Source of the DNA: a virus
Lineage: Duplodnaviria; Caudoviricetes
IMG/VR virus record: IMGVR_UViG_3300017716_003587
Coordinates: 1 to 57,279 of that record
Direction: 5' to 3' (one strand)
Length of the DNA stretch: 57,279 bases
Of this stretch, positions 25,717 through 36,437 are shown piece after piece. Below the pieces are notes generated by a model. That model saw only the letters and a program-made list of their open reading frames with translations, did not search any database and was not told where the DNA came from. The position numbers and the translations under genes were made by a program. How positions within the stretch are numbered: position 1 is the first letter of the stretch; each line of letters starts with the position of its first letter.

Positions 25717-27092
25717 TCGAGGTACCGGTTCCCGGTGTATGGGGGCGACGGGTCGACCCAGCCGTCGGGCAGCGTGCCGTCCCATTCTGCGGTCGGGGTG
25801 AGGCTGACCGTGACGCGTTCGGCGAGCGCGCCGCCGTCGCCGACGCCGACCTCGACATCGAGACGCTCGAGGCGGGCGGTCGTGATCGTTTCGCTCGACA
25901 CGGGGGTCGGCATCCACGCGTAGCGGTCGACGAACTGGTCGACGAGGATCTCCTCGGTCCACCAGTAGCGGTACTCGAGGACGGTCCCGACGTAGGGGAC
26001 GTCAAAGCCACAGGTGTCCTCATAGTCGATGTCGATGATCGCCCCGGGAACGAGGTTCGTCAGGTCTTCGCTGAGATGGCGGGCACCAAAGTTCTCGGAC
26101 AGGATCACCTGTTCGATCGTGAACTGGGGGGTGGCGGTCTGCGCGGCGAGGACCTGGGTGTAGACCTCGAGCTGCGTGGTGAACCCGTCGGAGATCCAGC
26201 GAGGATCGACCTCGGAGGTGCGGTCGAAGGACTGGCCGACTTCGAGGGTGCAGCTGAGGAACTCGCCTGCGTACGGGAACTTGGCGGACGTCACCGGATA
26301 GCCAGACTTGCCGGTGCCGAGCGAACCGCCGTACGCGATGGTCGACTGGGCGAGGCAGTCGACTTCGATGCCGGGCAGGTCGATGGTGGTGACTTCGTCG
26401 AGCACCGGGCGGTTGCCGATCGGGCCGAGCAGCGCCCGCACCGCGGCCTCGTCGACCCACAGCACGTCGCCGATCATCGTGAAGAAGATCGCGTCCTGAG
26501 CGACCAGCTGAGTGAGGGCGTCGTAGACGCGCTCGAGCCGATCGACGAGCACGGACGAATCGAGCTCGATGGTGTAGCGACTGTCGGCGCCGGCAAGGAC
26601 GGGCGGCGGGTCGGGGGGCACGAACTCGGTGAGGTCGGGAACCGTGAACGGGTACGGGTCGATCCCGAGCGTGCCGATCGCCGCGTCGACGATGACGTTG
26701 CGGAACAGCACGCCCGGGTCCTGCAGGCCGGTACGGTCGAGGGCGACGAGACGCTTCCAGGTGAGCACGAACCGGTCGTGCCCTCGGATGGTGACGGAGC
26801 GGTCGCCGCCGTTCGCGATCGACGGGCGCGACCAGCCGGTGATCGGCCCGTCCCAGACGACAGCACCGTTGCGTTCGATGCGGATCATCTGCGACCAGCC
26901 GCGCAGCCCACCGAAGACGCTGCAGCAGCCGATCCCGCCGTCGGCTTGGGCGATGGTGACGCTCGCGGTCGACACGTCGTTGCGGACGCGCGACCATGTG
27001 ATCCGGGACCAGGGGACCTGGAAGATCGTCTGCTGCGTGAGCGAGTCGACAATGAACGCCTCGTACTCCTCCGGGCATCCAAGGACGCCCAT
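25713..27092 (-). CDS. Minor tail (hub/Tal-like) protein
   Basis: WSRVRNDVSTASV...IERNGAVVWDGPI; second gene after tape measure. Confidence 0.75.
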   Translation of the reverse strand: MGVLGCPEEYEAFIVDSLTQQTIFQVPWSRITWSRVRNDVSTASVTIAQADGGIGCCSVFGGLRGWSQMIRIERNGAVVWDGPITGWSRPSIANGGDRSVTIRGHDRFVLTWKRLVALDRTGLQDPGVLFRNVIVDAAIGTLGIDPYPFTVPDLTEFVPPDPPPVLAGADSRYTIELDSSVLVDRLERVYDALTQLVAQDAIFFTMIGDVLWVDEAAVRALLGPIGNRPVLDEVTTIDLPGIEVDCLAQSTIAYGGSLGTGKSGYPVTSAKFPYAGEFLSCTLEVGQSFDRTSEVDPRWISDGFTTQLEVYTQVLAAQTATPQFTIEQVILSENFGARHLSEDLTNLVPGAIIDIDYEDTCGFDVPYVGTVLEYRYWWTEEILVDQFVDRYAWMPTPVSSETITTARLERLDVEVGVGDGGALAERVTVSLTPTAEWDGTLPDGWVDPSPPYTGNRYLE

Positions 27093-28879
27093 CAGCAGCA
27101 CCCCCAGCGCGACGCCGATTCGATCTCGACGGTCCAGGTCGACACGAAGTCGTCGGCGACACCGGCGAAGCTGTTGTACAGCCCGGCGTAGACCGGCTCG
27201 ACGTACACGCACCCTGAGTTGCAGGCGACGAACGACCACCAGCGCTTCACGGCCCGCATCTGGCGGGCCAGGTAGCGGCTGCCGTCCTGCCATTCCTCGC
27301 CGGACATCTGCTGCCGGTACCGGATCGAGCGGGCCGCCATGTCGATGACGATCTCCATCCCTGCGGCCTGATAGCCGGACAGGATCAGCTCACCAACCTT
27401 CGGTGACTGGCATGGGTCGCAGGTCGGCGCTCCGTTGTATTGGGCGAGGCCGAAGATCCGCAGGTCGGGCACGTGCTTCGGGGTGCCCGACGTCGTCGAC
27501 TCGTATGGCGAGGTGATCGTGATCTTCGGGGCGACGCTGCCGTAGTCGGGGACGACGAGGGTGGCCGACACCTGCCGGTCCGTGCCTGCCCAGCCGGCGC
27601 AGGCCACTTCGGAGGCGGCGGGCTGCGAGCCGACGAACCCTGCGGTCGACGTGGCGGTGGTGCCAGCAGCGATCGTGCCGTAGATGCACGGGTCGCCCGC
27701 ACCAAGGGTGAAGCTGACGCGACGGATGTAGCAGCCGGCGTCCACGGCGGGGGCCGCTTCCCAGGTGGGACCGTCGAGAAGGGCAACGCGCCGCATCCGA
27801 CCCCAGCCATCCTCGAACTCAGAGGCGATGTAGTGGGTGAGCACCGGGCACTTCTCGCGCAGGTACAGGTCCTGCGACCCGCACGCGGTGCAGCAGTTGA
27901 GGAGCTGCTGTTCGAGCCACCGGAACAGGTAGTTGAGGCCCCGTTCGCTGGTGCCGAGCAGCAGCAGGTTGATCTTCATGGTGCGGTGCTTGTGGCTCTG
28001 CGGCCCGAAGTAGGCGCCGCCGCGCAACGCGCCGACCGGGGTGACGGACCGGGCGTGGTGGGCGCCGTCGAGCCCGGTCCATTCCTCGATGTAGAAGCCG
28101 AGCGCTTCAGCAGCGTCGATCGACGAGTTGTCCCACGGGTTCGTCGCTTCGAACGTGACGGGCTGCCAGACGGTGGTCGCTTCGGAGCCGCCGCCGCCGA
28201 GCGCCCAGGTCTCGATCGTGTTGTCGGTGCCGGTGAAGATGATGCCGAGCGCGTCGACGAAGTGATCTTCGTTGGAAGCGCCGGTGCTCGTGACGACCGG
28301 GAGGACGGCGGCATAGCGAGCAGTGGCCGGCGCCGCGATCGAGTACGAATGCTCGGTCCATCCGGTGGTGGTGTCGACGATCGACCCGGTCCAGTCGTCA
28401 CTGATGTAGGTACCCGAGATGTCGTACCAGCGGACCTGGACGCGACAGGTGCGCGCCGAAACGGCGGCACGGAAGCGGCAGGTGATCGTGTAGTAGTAGC
28501 CGGGAATCACCGACACGCCCGACAGGCCCTGCAGGGTGCGGGCGCCCATCGTGCCGCCGGCCGCTGAGCGCAGACGGAACGAGGCGACCCCGTCGTATGC
28601 CTGGGTGGTCTGGCGGGTGACCGCACAGTTCGAATCGGTCTCGAAGCCGGTGGTGTCGGTCTCGGCCGACGACTGGTTCGCGGTCAACAGGTTGGTGACG
28701 CACACCGGCTCCCACGCGAGCGCCTCACAGCCGGCGTAGGCGAGCACGTTGGAGAACTGACCGGGCCCACACAGCGCCGCCGCCTCGAGGTTGTAGGCGA
28801 GACGCGCGCCGTTGACCAGTTCGGTCGGGTTGCCGTCAGGGTCGGCGAGGTACAGCAGCTGCTGGTGGTAGGTCGTCAT
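27092..28879 (-). CDS. Distal tail (Dit-like) protein with inserted carbohydrate-binding module
   Basis: First gene after tape measure; NLLTANQSSAETDTTG...APATARYA CBM-like insert. Confidence 0.75.
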   Translation of the reverse strand: MTTYHQQLLYLADPDGNPTELVNGARLAYNLEAAALCGPGQFSNVLAYAGCEALAWEPVCVTNLLTANQSSAETDTTGFETDSNCAVTRQTTQAYDGVASFRLRSAAGGTMGARTLQGLSGVSVIPGYYYTITCRFRAAVSARTCRVQVRWYDISGTYISDDWTGSIVDTTTGWTEHSYSIAAPATARYAAVLPVVTSTGASNEDHFVDALGIIFTGTDNTIETWALGGGGSEATTVWQPVTFEATNPWDNSSIDAAEALGFYIEEWTGLDGAHHARSVTPVGALRGGAYFGPQSHKHRTMKINLLLLGTSERGLNYLFRWLEQQLLNCCTACGSQDLYLREKCPVLTHYIASEFEDGWGRMRRVALLDGPTWEAAPAVDAGCYIRRVSFTLGAGDPCIYGTIAAGTTATSTAGFVGSQPAASEVACAGWAGTDRQVSATLVVPDYGSVAPKITITSPYESTTSGTPKHVPDLRIFGLAQYNGAPTCDPCQSPKVGELILSGYQAAGMEIVIDMAARSIRYRQQMSGEEWQDGSRYLARQMRAVKRWWSFVACNSGCVYVEPVYAGLYNSFAGVADDFVSTWTVEIESASRWGCC

Positions 28880-31800
28880 GGGATCAGTGCCGCCGCTGCC
28901 TGTGCGTTGGCGACGGCGAGCGCGACTGCCTGCGGGTCGCCGTCGGGGAGGTTGATGATGAAGTTCTGGACCGGCTTGAACCGCACGGGGTCAACGGTAG
29001 TCGCGTCGGTCTCGTCGCCCGGCTTCGGCGTCGGGGTGGCGGTGCTGGCCGTGGTGCCCAGGCTGTTGACCTGGTCGATGAACGCTGCGATCGCCTCGTC
29101 GGACAGGCCGAGCGTCGCGATGAGCGCGAGCAGCTCGTCCTGGTTGAAGCCGAGGTTCGTTGCCGTGGTCACCAGATCGTCGACGTAGGCCTGCAGCTTC
29201 GCCGACACCTGATCGAGCGGCACGCCCTGGGCGATGAGGGTCTCGCCGAACTCGGCGATGGCGTCAAGGCTCGTTGTGAGCGCCGAGACGTTGGAGGCGC
29301 CGAACACGGTGCTGGCGTCGAGGCTGAAGACGCTGGTGCCTGCGATCTCGCGCTCGGCTGCGGTCAAGTCCTTCAGCTTCTTCGCGTTGACCTCGAAGAT
29401 CTGCGACACGTTCGAGTCGAACGTCGACAGGAACCCCTGGAGCCCCTGGGTGACGTCGGCCTGTGCGCCTGCGATGCCACCGGCGTTGCCGCCTGCGATC
29501 ACCTTGTCGCTGCCAGTGAGCCCACCGAACAGCTGGGCGGCTGCGCTCGCGGTCGCGTTCTTCAGTGGGTCGCCGAGCTGCCCGATCTTCTGGAGCGAGT
29601 TGGTGACGGCGGTCGAGATGACGTTGCTGATGTCGGCTTCGCTGTCGGCGAGCCCGTCCGCGATGGCCTGGCCGATGTCCTTGCCGAACTCGTACCCGGT
29701 GCTGGTGGTCCCGGCAGTGCCGGCCATCGCCGACAGGGCGAGCTGATTCGCAGCCTGAGACACGACGGCGCTGCCCTCGCGGATGCCGAGCGCGAGACCC
29801 TGACTGATGAACCGGCCCATCTCCGTCGTCACCCTGGAGGGCGAGCCGAACTCGAAGACGCTATCGAACGCTGCGGCGACCGACCTGGCGACGGCGGCCG
29901 CTGCGTCGGCTGCCTTCTGGGCGCGAGCCCGCAGGCCCCGCTCGAAGCCATCTGCTGTGAGTCGGCCTGCCCGCTCGCCGGCCGCGCCGCCCTGGCGCGC
30001 CAGGGTGTCGGCGGTGCTGTTGAGGCTGGAGGCGTCGAGCTCAGCCTTCACCGGGATCGGCTCGGCCAGGCCGGCGGCGAGCTGGTCGTAGATGTTGACC
30101 GTATCGAGGACCGGCACGGCGTTGGCGATGCCGTCGTTGTAGGCAGCGGTGATCGCGTCGCGCAGCGCCTGGTCCTCGACGCCATCGAGCGCCGCGCCAA
30201 GGATGCCGAGAGTGGCAGCGGTGAGGCTGGCCTCGTCGAAGATGACGCCTTCGTTGATGCCAGCTTCGGTGACGCCGGACAGCTTCGTCTTCAGGTCTTC
30301 GAGGGCGATGTCGAGCGCCGCCTGGTCGACGATGCCGCCACCGACCTTGAGGTCGGTGAACTGGCCGGCGACCGCGACGACAGCGGCATCGAACGAGGCG
30401 GCAAGACCCTGCGGGTCCCGGTTGCCGAAGATCGAGTCGATCGCAGCCGACACGGCGTCGGCCTTGATCTTTGCGTCCTCGAGCGCCCGACCCATCGACT
30501 CGGTGAACCGAGGGGTCGCCTCGGTCTCGACGACCTCGCGCAGCCCCTTGTACCCGTCGGCGAACGGCCCGAACTTGTCGGACGCCTGGTCGATGCTGAG
30601 CCCGATCGACGAGAACAGCTTGGGCGTCGTGACCCCTGCGAATGCCGTCTCGGCGTTGGCGAGCGCAATCGCGTCCTTCAGCGCGACGTACGCAGCGGTG
30701 ACCGCGTCGACGGCCTCCTGGTTCTCGTAGATCGCCGTGGTGTTCGGTTCATTGAACGGATTGAAGTCGACGTCGAAGAACCCGCCGTTACTCGTGGACG
30801 ACACCTGCTGGCCGCCCACCCTGGCGATCAGATCGTCGAACGCGTCGCCGCCCTCGCGGAACGCAGCGATGACGTCCTGCTGCTTGATGCCCAGCTCGGT
30901 CAGCTGTGGCAGGATGCTGAGGAGCTGCTCCTTCAGGGCAGCGCCGAGCGCCGAGTCGGAGGCGTTGTCCAGGGCCTCCTTGAGGTCGATGGCTCCATCC
31001 TCGCCCGCCTTCAGCCCGTCGGCGAGGTCGTTCTGCAGGGCATCGGCGAGCGAGCGCGCTGCAGCCTCGGCGTCTTCGGCGGCCTTCTGAGCCTTGCCGA
31101 GCGCCGTACCGATCAGGGCGGCGCCACCACCGACGACGGCGGCGACGGGCCCGCCGATCGCCGCGCCGGTCAGCGACGCCGAGATGACGCTGATGAGTCC
31201 GCTGCCGCCGGCCGAACCTTCGGCCTTGCCGCCGATGAACCCGCCGACGCCCGAGACGATCGCCGAGCCGATGACGGCGCCGATCGCTGCGCCCTGCGAC
31301 TTGGCGATCTGAGTCAGCTCGGAGAGCCCGGAGCGGAAGCCGGTCGCGATCTGGCCTGCGCCGAACTTCACCCGGTCGCGGAAGCTGACCGTGAACTGGT
31401 CGCCCGCCACCGCTCCAGGGCGCTTGAACAGCGGGGCCTGGCGGGTGCCGGCCGATGCGAACTCGGCGAGGGCGGCGGCGATGCGGGTGCCGGCGTTCTG
31501 GAACGCCTGGCTGAACGCCGTACCGATCTGGCGGAAGCCGCCCGCGACCTGCGAGCCTCGCGCTGCGACGGTGGCGAACCCTCGCGAGACGGTGTCGCGG
31601 CACAGGATCCCCTTCAGGGTCGCCTCGTCGATGCCGTTCGTGATCTTCGCGATCTCGGCTCGGGCTGCGGCGAACCCGGCAGGGCTCAGCTTCACCTGGC
31701 TGTTCGACCCGAAGGCACGCAGCTTGCGCTGCAGATCGTCGAGCTCAGCGAACGCGCTCTTGAACACCGAGGCCGACGCCCGTGCACCGCCGCCGCCGAG

Positions 31801-34518
31801 ACCACCGATCCCGCTAAACAGGCCGTTGGTGAAGCCGCGGGCCGACGGCAGCCGGGAGGTGAACCCCTGAGCGAACGCGCCGGCGCCGTCCTGACCGAGC
31901 GTGCGGAAGCCGCGCAGCAGTCGCGGGAGGGCGAAGGCGGCGGCGAGAGCGACGGCGATGATCTGCGGGTCGAACGCAGCCTTGGCCAGGTCGCCGAACG
32001 CTCCGCTGACCAACGATGCGAGGCCGGGCAGGTTCTGGATGAAGGCCCGACCGAAGCCTTCGATGAACCGGATCGCGACGAGCGCTGCTGCGGCGGCGAT
32101 GGCGGCGAGGGCGGTGACGAACTTCGGGTTGGTGACGATCGAGCCGATCGCGAAGCCGATGGTCTCGACGATCTGCAGCGCACCCTTGCCGACCTCGAGC
32201 AGGTTGGCCTTCGTGAAGATCCCCTTGAAGAAGGCGAGGATCCGCTCACCCACGGGCTTCAGCGCAGGGATGATCTTGTCGGCCAGCGACGCGAACGCCG
32301 CAACGATGCCGCCGAGTGGCCCGCCGATGACGAACCCTGCGATGCCCGCGCCGGCGGCCGCCACGAGGCGGTTGCCGCCGACTGCTTCGGCGATCGTCTT
32401 GCCGACGTCGCCGATCTTGCTGGCCAGGCTCTGCAGCCGAGGCAGTGCGTCCTGCACGAACTCGACGACGGCGTCCTTGGCGGTGATGAGGGCCGAGGAG
32501 ATCGTCCGTCCGAACGCTGCGAGAACGGGCAGGACCCGCTCCTGCGCGAAGGTGACGAAGGTGCGCAGCGCCGGGATCAGCTTGTTCGTGATGAAGTCCT
32601 GGAAGCCAGACGTCGCGTCGGCCGCCTGAACGAACCGGTTGTTGACCTCTGCGCCGAGCTCCCCGATCCCAGCGACGACCTTGGTGCGGTCCGACACGAA
32701 GAAGTCGAGCACGCCGCTGAACAGATCCTTCAGCCGACCGAGCGGCCCGGCGACCAGCGTGCGGATGGTGTCGGCGAGGCCGCGGAACGCCTCGCCGATC
32801 TGGGGGAAGTCCCTCGCCAGGACCGACAGGGTGCCGCCGATCAGGCCGGCGGCGAGCACGAGCGCACCGAACGGGGTGGCGGCGAGCGCTGCAGCACGAC
32901 CGACAAGAGAGATGACCTCGATGGCCCCCTTCGCAGCGATGATCGCCCCGAGCCCCTTCGCGACGCCGCCGAGGAAGGTGCGCAGCACATCGAGCCCCGG
33001 GCCGACCTCACCCTTCACGAAGTTGGCGAGCCCCTGCAGTGTCGTCTGCGCTCCGAGCACAGCCACCTTCAGCGGCTCGGCGATCGACCCGATCAACGAC
33101 GCGCCGAAGTCAGCGAACGACTCCTTCAGGTTGGCCACCCGGCCACCGAGGGTCTCGGCGAGGTCCTGGCTGGCGCCCACCAGCCGCTCGTCCTGCTGCA
33201 ATCCGGTGATGAGCCCGGTGACGAACAGATCGGAGGTGATCTCGCCTGCCTCCTGCATCTCGACGAGCTGCCGGACGTTGCCGCCGGTCAGCTGGTCGGC
33301 GAGGATCTGGCGGATGTTGAGGCCGGGCAGGTTCTCGGCGAGCTGGTTGAGCTCGTCGCCCTGGAGGCGGCCGGCGGAGACGACCTGGCCGATGGCCCGC
33401 TGGATGCGGTTCAGCTCGTCCACCCCGCCGCCGGTGAGCGCGACAGCGTCGGCGATGGCGGTGACTCGAGGGATCACGTCTTCGGTGGCGGTGCCGATCG
33501 CGAGGAAGCCCTTGGCGAGATCGGCGACGCCGACGAGATCGAACGGGGTGGTCTTCGCGAACTCCTTGACCTGGCCGAGCAGCAGGTTGGTGTCCTCGAT
33601 GCTGCCGGTGAGCGCGAGGAACTGCTTGTTGATCCGCTCGAGGTCGGAGAATCGCTGGAACCCGGAGGTGAGGAGGCCGGCGACGCCGACGCCACCGGCC
33701 ACCCCACCCAGCCCGACGCCTGCTCCGCGACCCGTGACGCCGCCGAGCACGCCGCCGGACACCTGCCGGTTCAGCTGCTGGATGGTGCGCGACTGACGCG
33801 ACACCGTCTCCGACAGCAGCCGCTCCTGCCGATTGAACGACCCTCGGATCAACTGCTCGCGTCGGGTCAGCGCAGTCGAGGTGCCCTCGGTGAAGACCCG
33901 GTTCGTGTTCCGGATCTTCGCGGTGAACGAGTCGAACACCCGCCCGGCCGCGCCGGTCGCGGTGCGGGCCGTGCCCGCGATGATGGCGCCGAGACCCTTC
34001 TCCAGCCGGCCAATGTTCTCGATGACGGCGCGAGTGAGCTGGATGCGCTGCTGGCCGGCCTGACGCTGAGCGATGAGGCCGGACTGGGCGGCCTTCTGTG
34101 CTTCGATGTTGAGGCGGGCGTTCGCGGCGCGAGCCGATTCGATGTCGGCCTGGCGGGCGCGGTCGGCGGTGAGGCGCTGGTCGATGATCGCCTGCCGCTG
34201 CAGGGTCTTCGACTTCGTGATCTCCGTCTGCAGGTTGCGCAGGCCCTGATCGATCGACGACACCGCAGCGCCGACGGCGGTGAACGCCTGCTGCAGCTGG
34301 AAGGCCTCGCGCCCCGCCTTCGTCAGCCCGGAGTTGACCTTCGAGATCGAGGTGGCGACGCGGCCAGTGCCGACCTGCAGCTTCGAGGTGGTGGTGACGA
34401 GTCGCTGCGCGGCGGCGTTCGCCTTCTCGCTTCCCTCGCGAACGGCCTGCTCGGCCGCCTGGATGCCGCGCTGGTCGACGAGGTAGTCGACATTGACGAC
34501 GACATCAGGATCGGCCAC
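28876..34518 (-). CDS. Tape measure protein
   Basis: 1880 aa, Ala/Gly-rich; FAKTTPFDL...GRLQGDELNQLAE tape-measure domain. Confidence 0.93.
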   Translation of the reverse strand: MADPDVVVNVDYLVDQRGIQAAEQAVREGSEKANAAAQRLVTTTSKLQVGTGRVATSISKVNSGLTKAGREAFQLQQAFTAVGAAVSSIDQGLRNLQTEITKSKTLQRQAIIDQRLTADRARQADIESARAANARLNIEAQKAAQSGLIAQRQAGQQRIQLTRAVIENIGRLEKGLGAIIAGTARTATGAAGRVFDSFTAKIRNTNRVFTEGTSTALTRREQLIRGSFNRQERLLSETVSRQSRTIQQLNRQVSGGVLGGVTGRGAGVGLGGVAGGVGVAGLLTSGFQRFSDLERINKQFLALTGSIEDTNLLLGQVKEFAKTTPFDLVGVADLAKGFLAIGTATEDVIPRVTAIADAVALTGGGVDELNRIQRAIGQVVSAGRLQGDELNQLAENLPGLNIRQILADQLTGGNVRQLVEMQEAGEITSDLFVTGLITGLQQDERLVGASQDLAETLGGRVANLKESFADFGASLIGSIAEPLKVAVLGAQTTLQGLANFVKGEVGPGLDVLRTFLGGVAKGLGAIIAAKGAIEVISLVGRAAALAATPFGALVLAAGLIGGTLSVLARDFPQIGEAFRGLADTIRTLVAGPLGRLKDLFSGVLDFFVSDRTKVVAGIGELGAEVNNRFVQAADATSGFQDFITNKLIPALRTFVTFAQERVLPVLAAFGRTISSALITAKDAVVEFVQDALPRLQSLASKIGDVGKTIAEAVGGNRLVAAAGAGIAGFVIGGPLGGIVAAFASLADKIIPALKPVGERILAFFKGIFTKANLLEVGKGALQIVETIGFAIGSIVTNPKFVTALAAIAAAAALVAIRFIEGFGRAFIQNLPGLASLVSGAFGDLAKAAFDPQIIAVALAAAFALPRLLRGFRTLGQDGAGAFAQGFTSRLPSARGFTNGLFSGIGGLGGGGARASASVFKSAFAELDDLQRKLRAFGSNSQVKLSPAGFAAARAEIAKITNGIDEATLKGILCRDTVSRGFATVAARGSQVAGGFRQIGTAFSQAFQNAGTRIAAALAEFASAGTRQAPLFKRPGAVAGDQFTVSFRDRVKFGAGQIATGFRSGLSELTQIAKSQGAAIGAVIGSAIVSGVGGFIGGKAEGSAGGSGLISVISASLTGAAIGGPVAAVVGGGAALIGTALGKAQKAAEDAEAAARSLADALQNDLADGLKAGEDGAIDLKEALDNASDSALGAALKEQLLSILPQLTELGIKQQDVIAAFREGGDAFDDLIARVGGQQVSSTSNGGFFDVDFNPFNEPNTTAIYENQEAVDAVTAAYVALKDAIALANAETAFAGVTTPKLFSSIGLSIDQASDKFGPFADGYKGLREVVETEATPRFTESMGRALEDAKIKADAVSAAIDSIFGNRDPQGLAASFDAAVVAVAGQFTDLKVGGGIVDQAALDIALEDLKTKLSGVTEAGINEGVIFDEASLTAATLGILGAALDGVEDQALRDAITAAYNDGIANAVPVLDTVNIYDQLAAGLAEPIPVKAELDASSLNSTADTLARQGGAAGERAGRLTADGFERGLRARAQKAADAAAAVARSVAAAFDSVFEFGSPSRVTTEMGRFISQGLALGIREGSAVVSQAANQLALSAMAGTAGTTSTGYEFGKDIGQAIADGLADSEADISNVISTAVTNSLQKIGQLGDPLKNATASAAAQLFGGLTGSDKVIAGGNAGGIAGAQADVTQGLQGFLSTFDSNVSQIFEVNAKKLKDLTAAEREIAGTSVFSLDASTVFGASNVSALTTSLDAIAEFGETLIAQGVPLDQVSAKLQAYVDDLVTTATNLGFNQDELLALIATLGLSDEAIAAFIDQVNSLGTTASTATPTPKPGDETDATTVDPVRFKPVQNFIINLPDGDPQAVALAVANAQAAAALIP

Positions 34519-34528
34519 GGTGGGGATG

Positions 34529-34950
34529 CTAGTCGGTTGACGTCTTGCGTTTGCGCAGCTGGTCGAGGAGGTCGAGCTGCTGCTGCGGCACGGCAGCGAG
34601 TTCCGTGGTGGTCGACGGGGCCCTCAGCTCCTTCTTCGCGTTGCGCTGGGCACCCCTTGAATCGGCGGTCGCCTGGTCGTGGCGGCGCTTCTGTTCAGCG
34701 AGCACCTGCTCGACAGTGCGCTCCTCGTCGAAGCGCATGTGGGCCTTCATGACCTCGCGGTACTCCCACGGGTTCGACATCGAGCCGCCCTGCTTCAGCA
34801 GATGAGCCCAGCCGATCGAAATGAACTCGGCGGCGCTCAGCGAACTGAGCGCACGACCCGAGCCTTGGAGGAGGAGGGTGCCGCGGACTTCCGTGCGGAC
34901 GTCTTCTTGGCAGGCGTACGCGAGGATGCGGACGCCCGTGTCGTAGGGAC
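34529..34950 (-). CDS. Tail assembly chaperone C-terminal (frameshifted) segment
   Basis: No own start; -1 frame overlapping the upstream chaperone at GTC CCT ACG. Confidence 0.7.
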
Positions 34951-35238
34951 CTCGCTCACCACCTCGAACACTGCCTCGATGATGGCGACGAAGCGCTCGG
35001 CGGTGAGGCCCCGCTGGCGGAGCAGGGTGGTGTGCATCGCCTCGCGCTGCTCGGGCACCACCGTGTTCACGAGGTAGTCGCGATAGGCAGTGACGTCGCC
35101 GGACGCGAGCGCCGAGAGGGCGTAGGAGTTGGCGTCGCAAACGACCGTCCACTCCTGGCCGAACAGGATGATGTCCTTCGTGTGGATGGGTTCGTCGTCG
35201 AAGCCCAGCTTCGCGTCGAGGTCGAGTGCCTTGGTCAT
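34837..35238 (-). CDS. Tail assembly chaperone
   Basis: Position before tape measure; low-complexity Ser/Ala/Lys tail after ...EVPT. Confidence 0.75.
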   Translation of the reverse strand: MTKALDLDAKLGFDDEPIHTKDIILFGQEWTVVCDANSYALSALASGDVTAYRDYLVNTVVPEQREAMHTTLLRQRGLTAERFVAIIEAVFEVVSEVPTTRASASSRTPAKKTSARKSAAPSSSKARVVRSVR

Positions 35239-35275
35239 GGCGACATAATAGGAACTCGGCGCCGTCGCGTCCAGG

Positions 35276-35809
35276 TTAGAGATCCGGCGACCGGCCGATG
35301 GCGTTGCGGAACGCCGCTTCGAGGGCACGCTCCATGAACCGGCCCGGCTTCACGCCGGGGTGGTTGACCCGGTCGGTACGGACGATCTTGTTGATCCCGA
35401 GGTCGGGGCGGCCCGACTGGAACCGCTTGGCCTGACCTCGCGGCCGGAACGGCTTGGGCGCTGCCCGCTGCGGGAGGCCGGTGACGGTCGCCTGGAACTG
35501 GAGGAACTTCGCGTTCTTCGGCGTGATGACGTGCGGGGGCGCGCCGGCGTTGAGGATGCCGACATGGTCGACGCTCGACGACATGGTGATCTTCACCGGG
35601 AACTCGTTGCCGGACACCTGGGCGGTGATCGACCCCTTGCCGGCGCCGGTGCGCTCCTGGTAGTCGCGTGCGAACGTGGCGTTGGCGCGATTCTCGGCGT
35701 CGTTCGCGATCCCGTGGACGGTCGCGCCGACCTTCTTCTCGGCGGCACCCTCCAGCTTGGCGGCGAGCGACGAGCGGGTCGTCAGCGTGCGAGAGACGAC
35801 GTTGGCCAT
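35276..35809 (-). CDS. HK97 gp10-like neck/tail-completion protein
   Basis: PHVITPKNAKFLQF...VNHPGVKPGRFMERAL. Confidence 0.7.
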   Translation of the reverse strand: MANVVSRTLTTRSSLAAKLEGAAEKKVGATVHGIANDAENRANATFARDYQERTGAGKGSITAQVSGNEFPVKITMSSSVDHVGILNAGAPPHVITPKNAKFLQFQATVTGLPQRAAPKPFRPRGQAKRFQSGRPDLGINKIVRTDRVNHPGVKPGRFMERALEAAFRNAIGRSPDL

Positions 35810-36366
35810 CAGCCACCGCCGAACGGGACGTCGACCGTCACCGCCGTCACCCAGCCGACCACGCCACCACGAGGCGGCAGCGGGGTGAGTGGAGCGAGCG
35901 CGATGTTGCCGCAGCCGCGGACCGAGTCCGGCATCAGGCTGCGCTGAGAGTTCATGTGGAGCAGCTTGCGGTACATCGCCTCGCCGTGCGCGTACGACTG
36001 GCGGGCCGCCTCGTTCTGGGCAACCGGGTCCGGGGCGACGATCGTGCCCTCGGCGACCTGGGCGGTCGGCCAACCGGACTCGAGGAGCCGGATCGTGAAC
36101 TGGGCCCGCACCAACGGCAGCGGCAGCAGCCGGCCGCCGGGGGCCGACGCCTGCGACGGGCTCATCGTGGTGAACGCGACGCTGAGCGCATCAGCGACGC
36201 CGTCGTCGCCGTTGCCGAGCGTCACGTAGGCCTGCAGCGGGTCGCACTCGACCTCAGCGAAGCAGGGGAGGAGCGCGTCGAAGACGTTGGTGAGCAGATG
36301 CGTTGCGATCGCGTGCAGGTCGACGCAGCAGACGGCGGGCGGGTTGGCGCAATCGGAGACGAGCAT
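35809..36366 (-). CDS. Probable tail terminator
   Basis: Position; PLPPRGGVVGWV C-terminal motif. Confidence 0.6.
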   Translation of the reverse strand: MLVSDCANPPAVCCVDLHAIATHLLTNVFDALLPCFAEVECDPLQAYVTLGNGDDGVADALSVAFTTMSPSQASAPGGRLLPLPLVRAQFTIRLLESGWPTAQVAEGTIVAPDPVAQNEAARQSYAHGEAMYRKLLHMNSQRSLMPDSVRGCGNIALAPLTPLPPRGGVVGWVTAVTVDVPFGGG

Positions 36367-36385
36367 GACCGAAGCGTAGACGCGA

Positions 36386-36415
36386 CACCGCCCGAGGATC
36401 GCTCCTCGGGCGGTG
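36386..36415 (-). terminator. 13-bp GC-rich hairpin downstream of major tail gene
   Basis: CACCGCCCGAGGA-tcgc-TCCTCGGGCGGTG; weak U-tract. Confidence 0.6.
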
Positions 36416-36437
36416 CGCTCGAGCCCCCCTCGAAAGG

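Noticed and set aside
24005-28879. Diversity-generating retroelement or invertible tail-fibre switch
   Set aside because: No reverse transcriptase, invertase or near-identical nucleotide repeat pair noticed.
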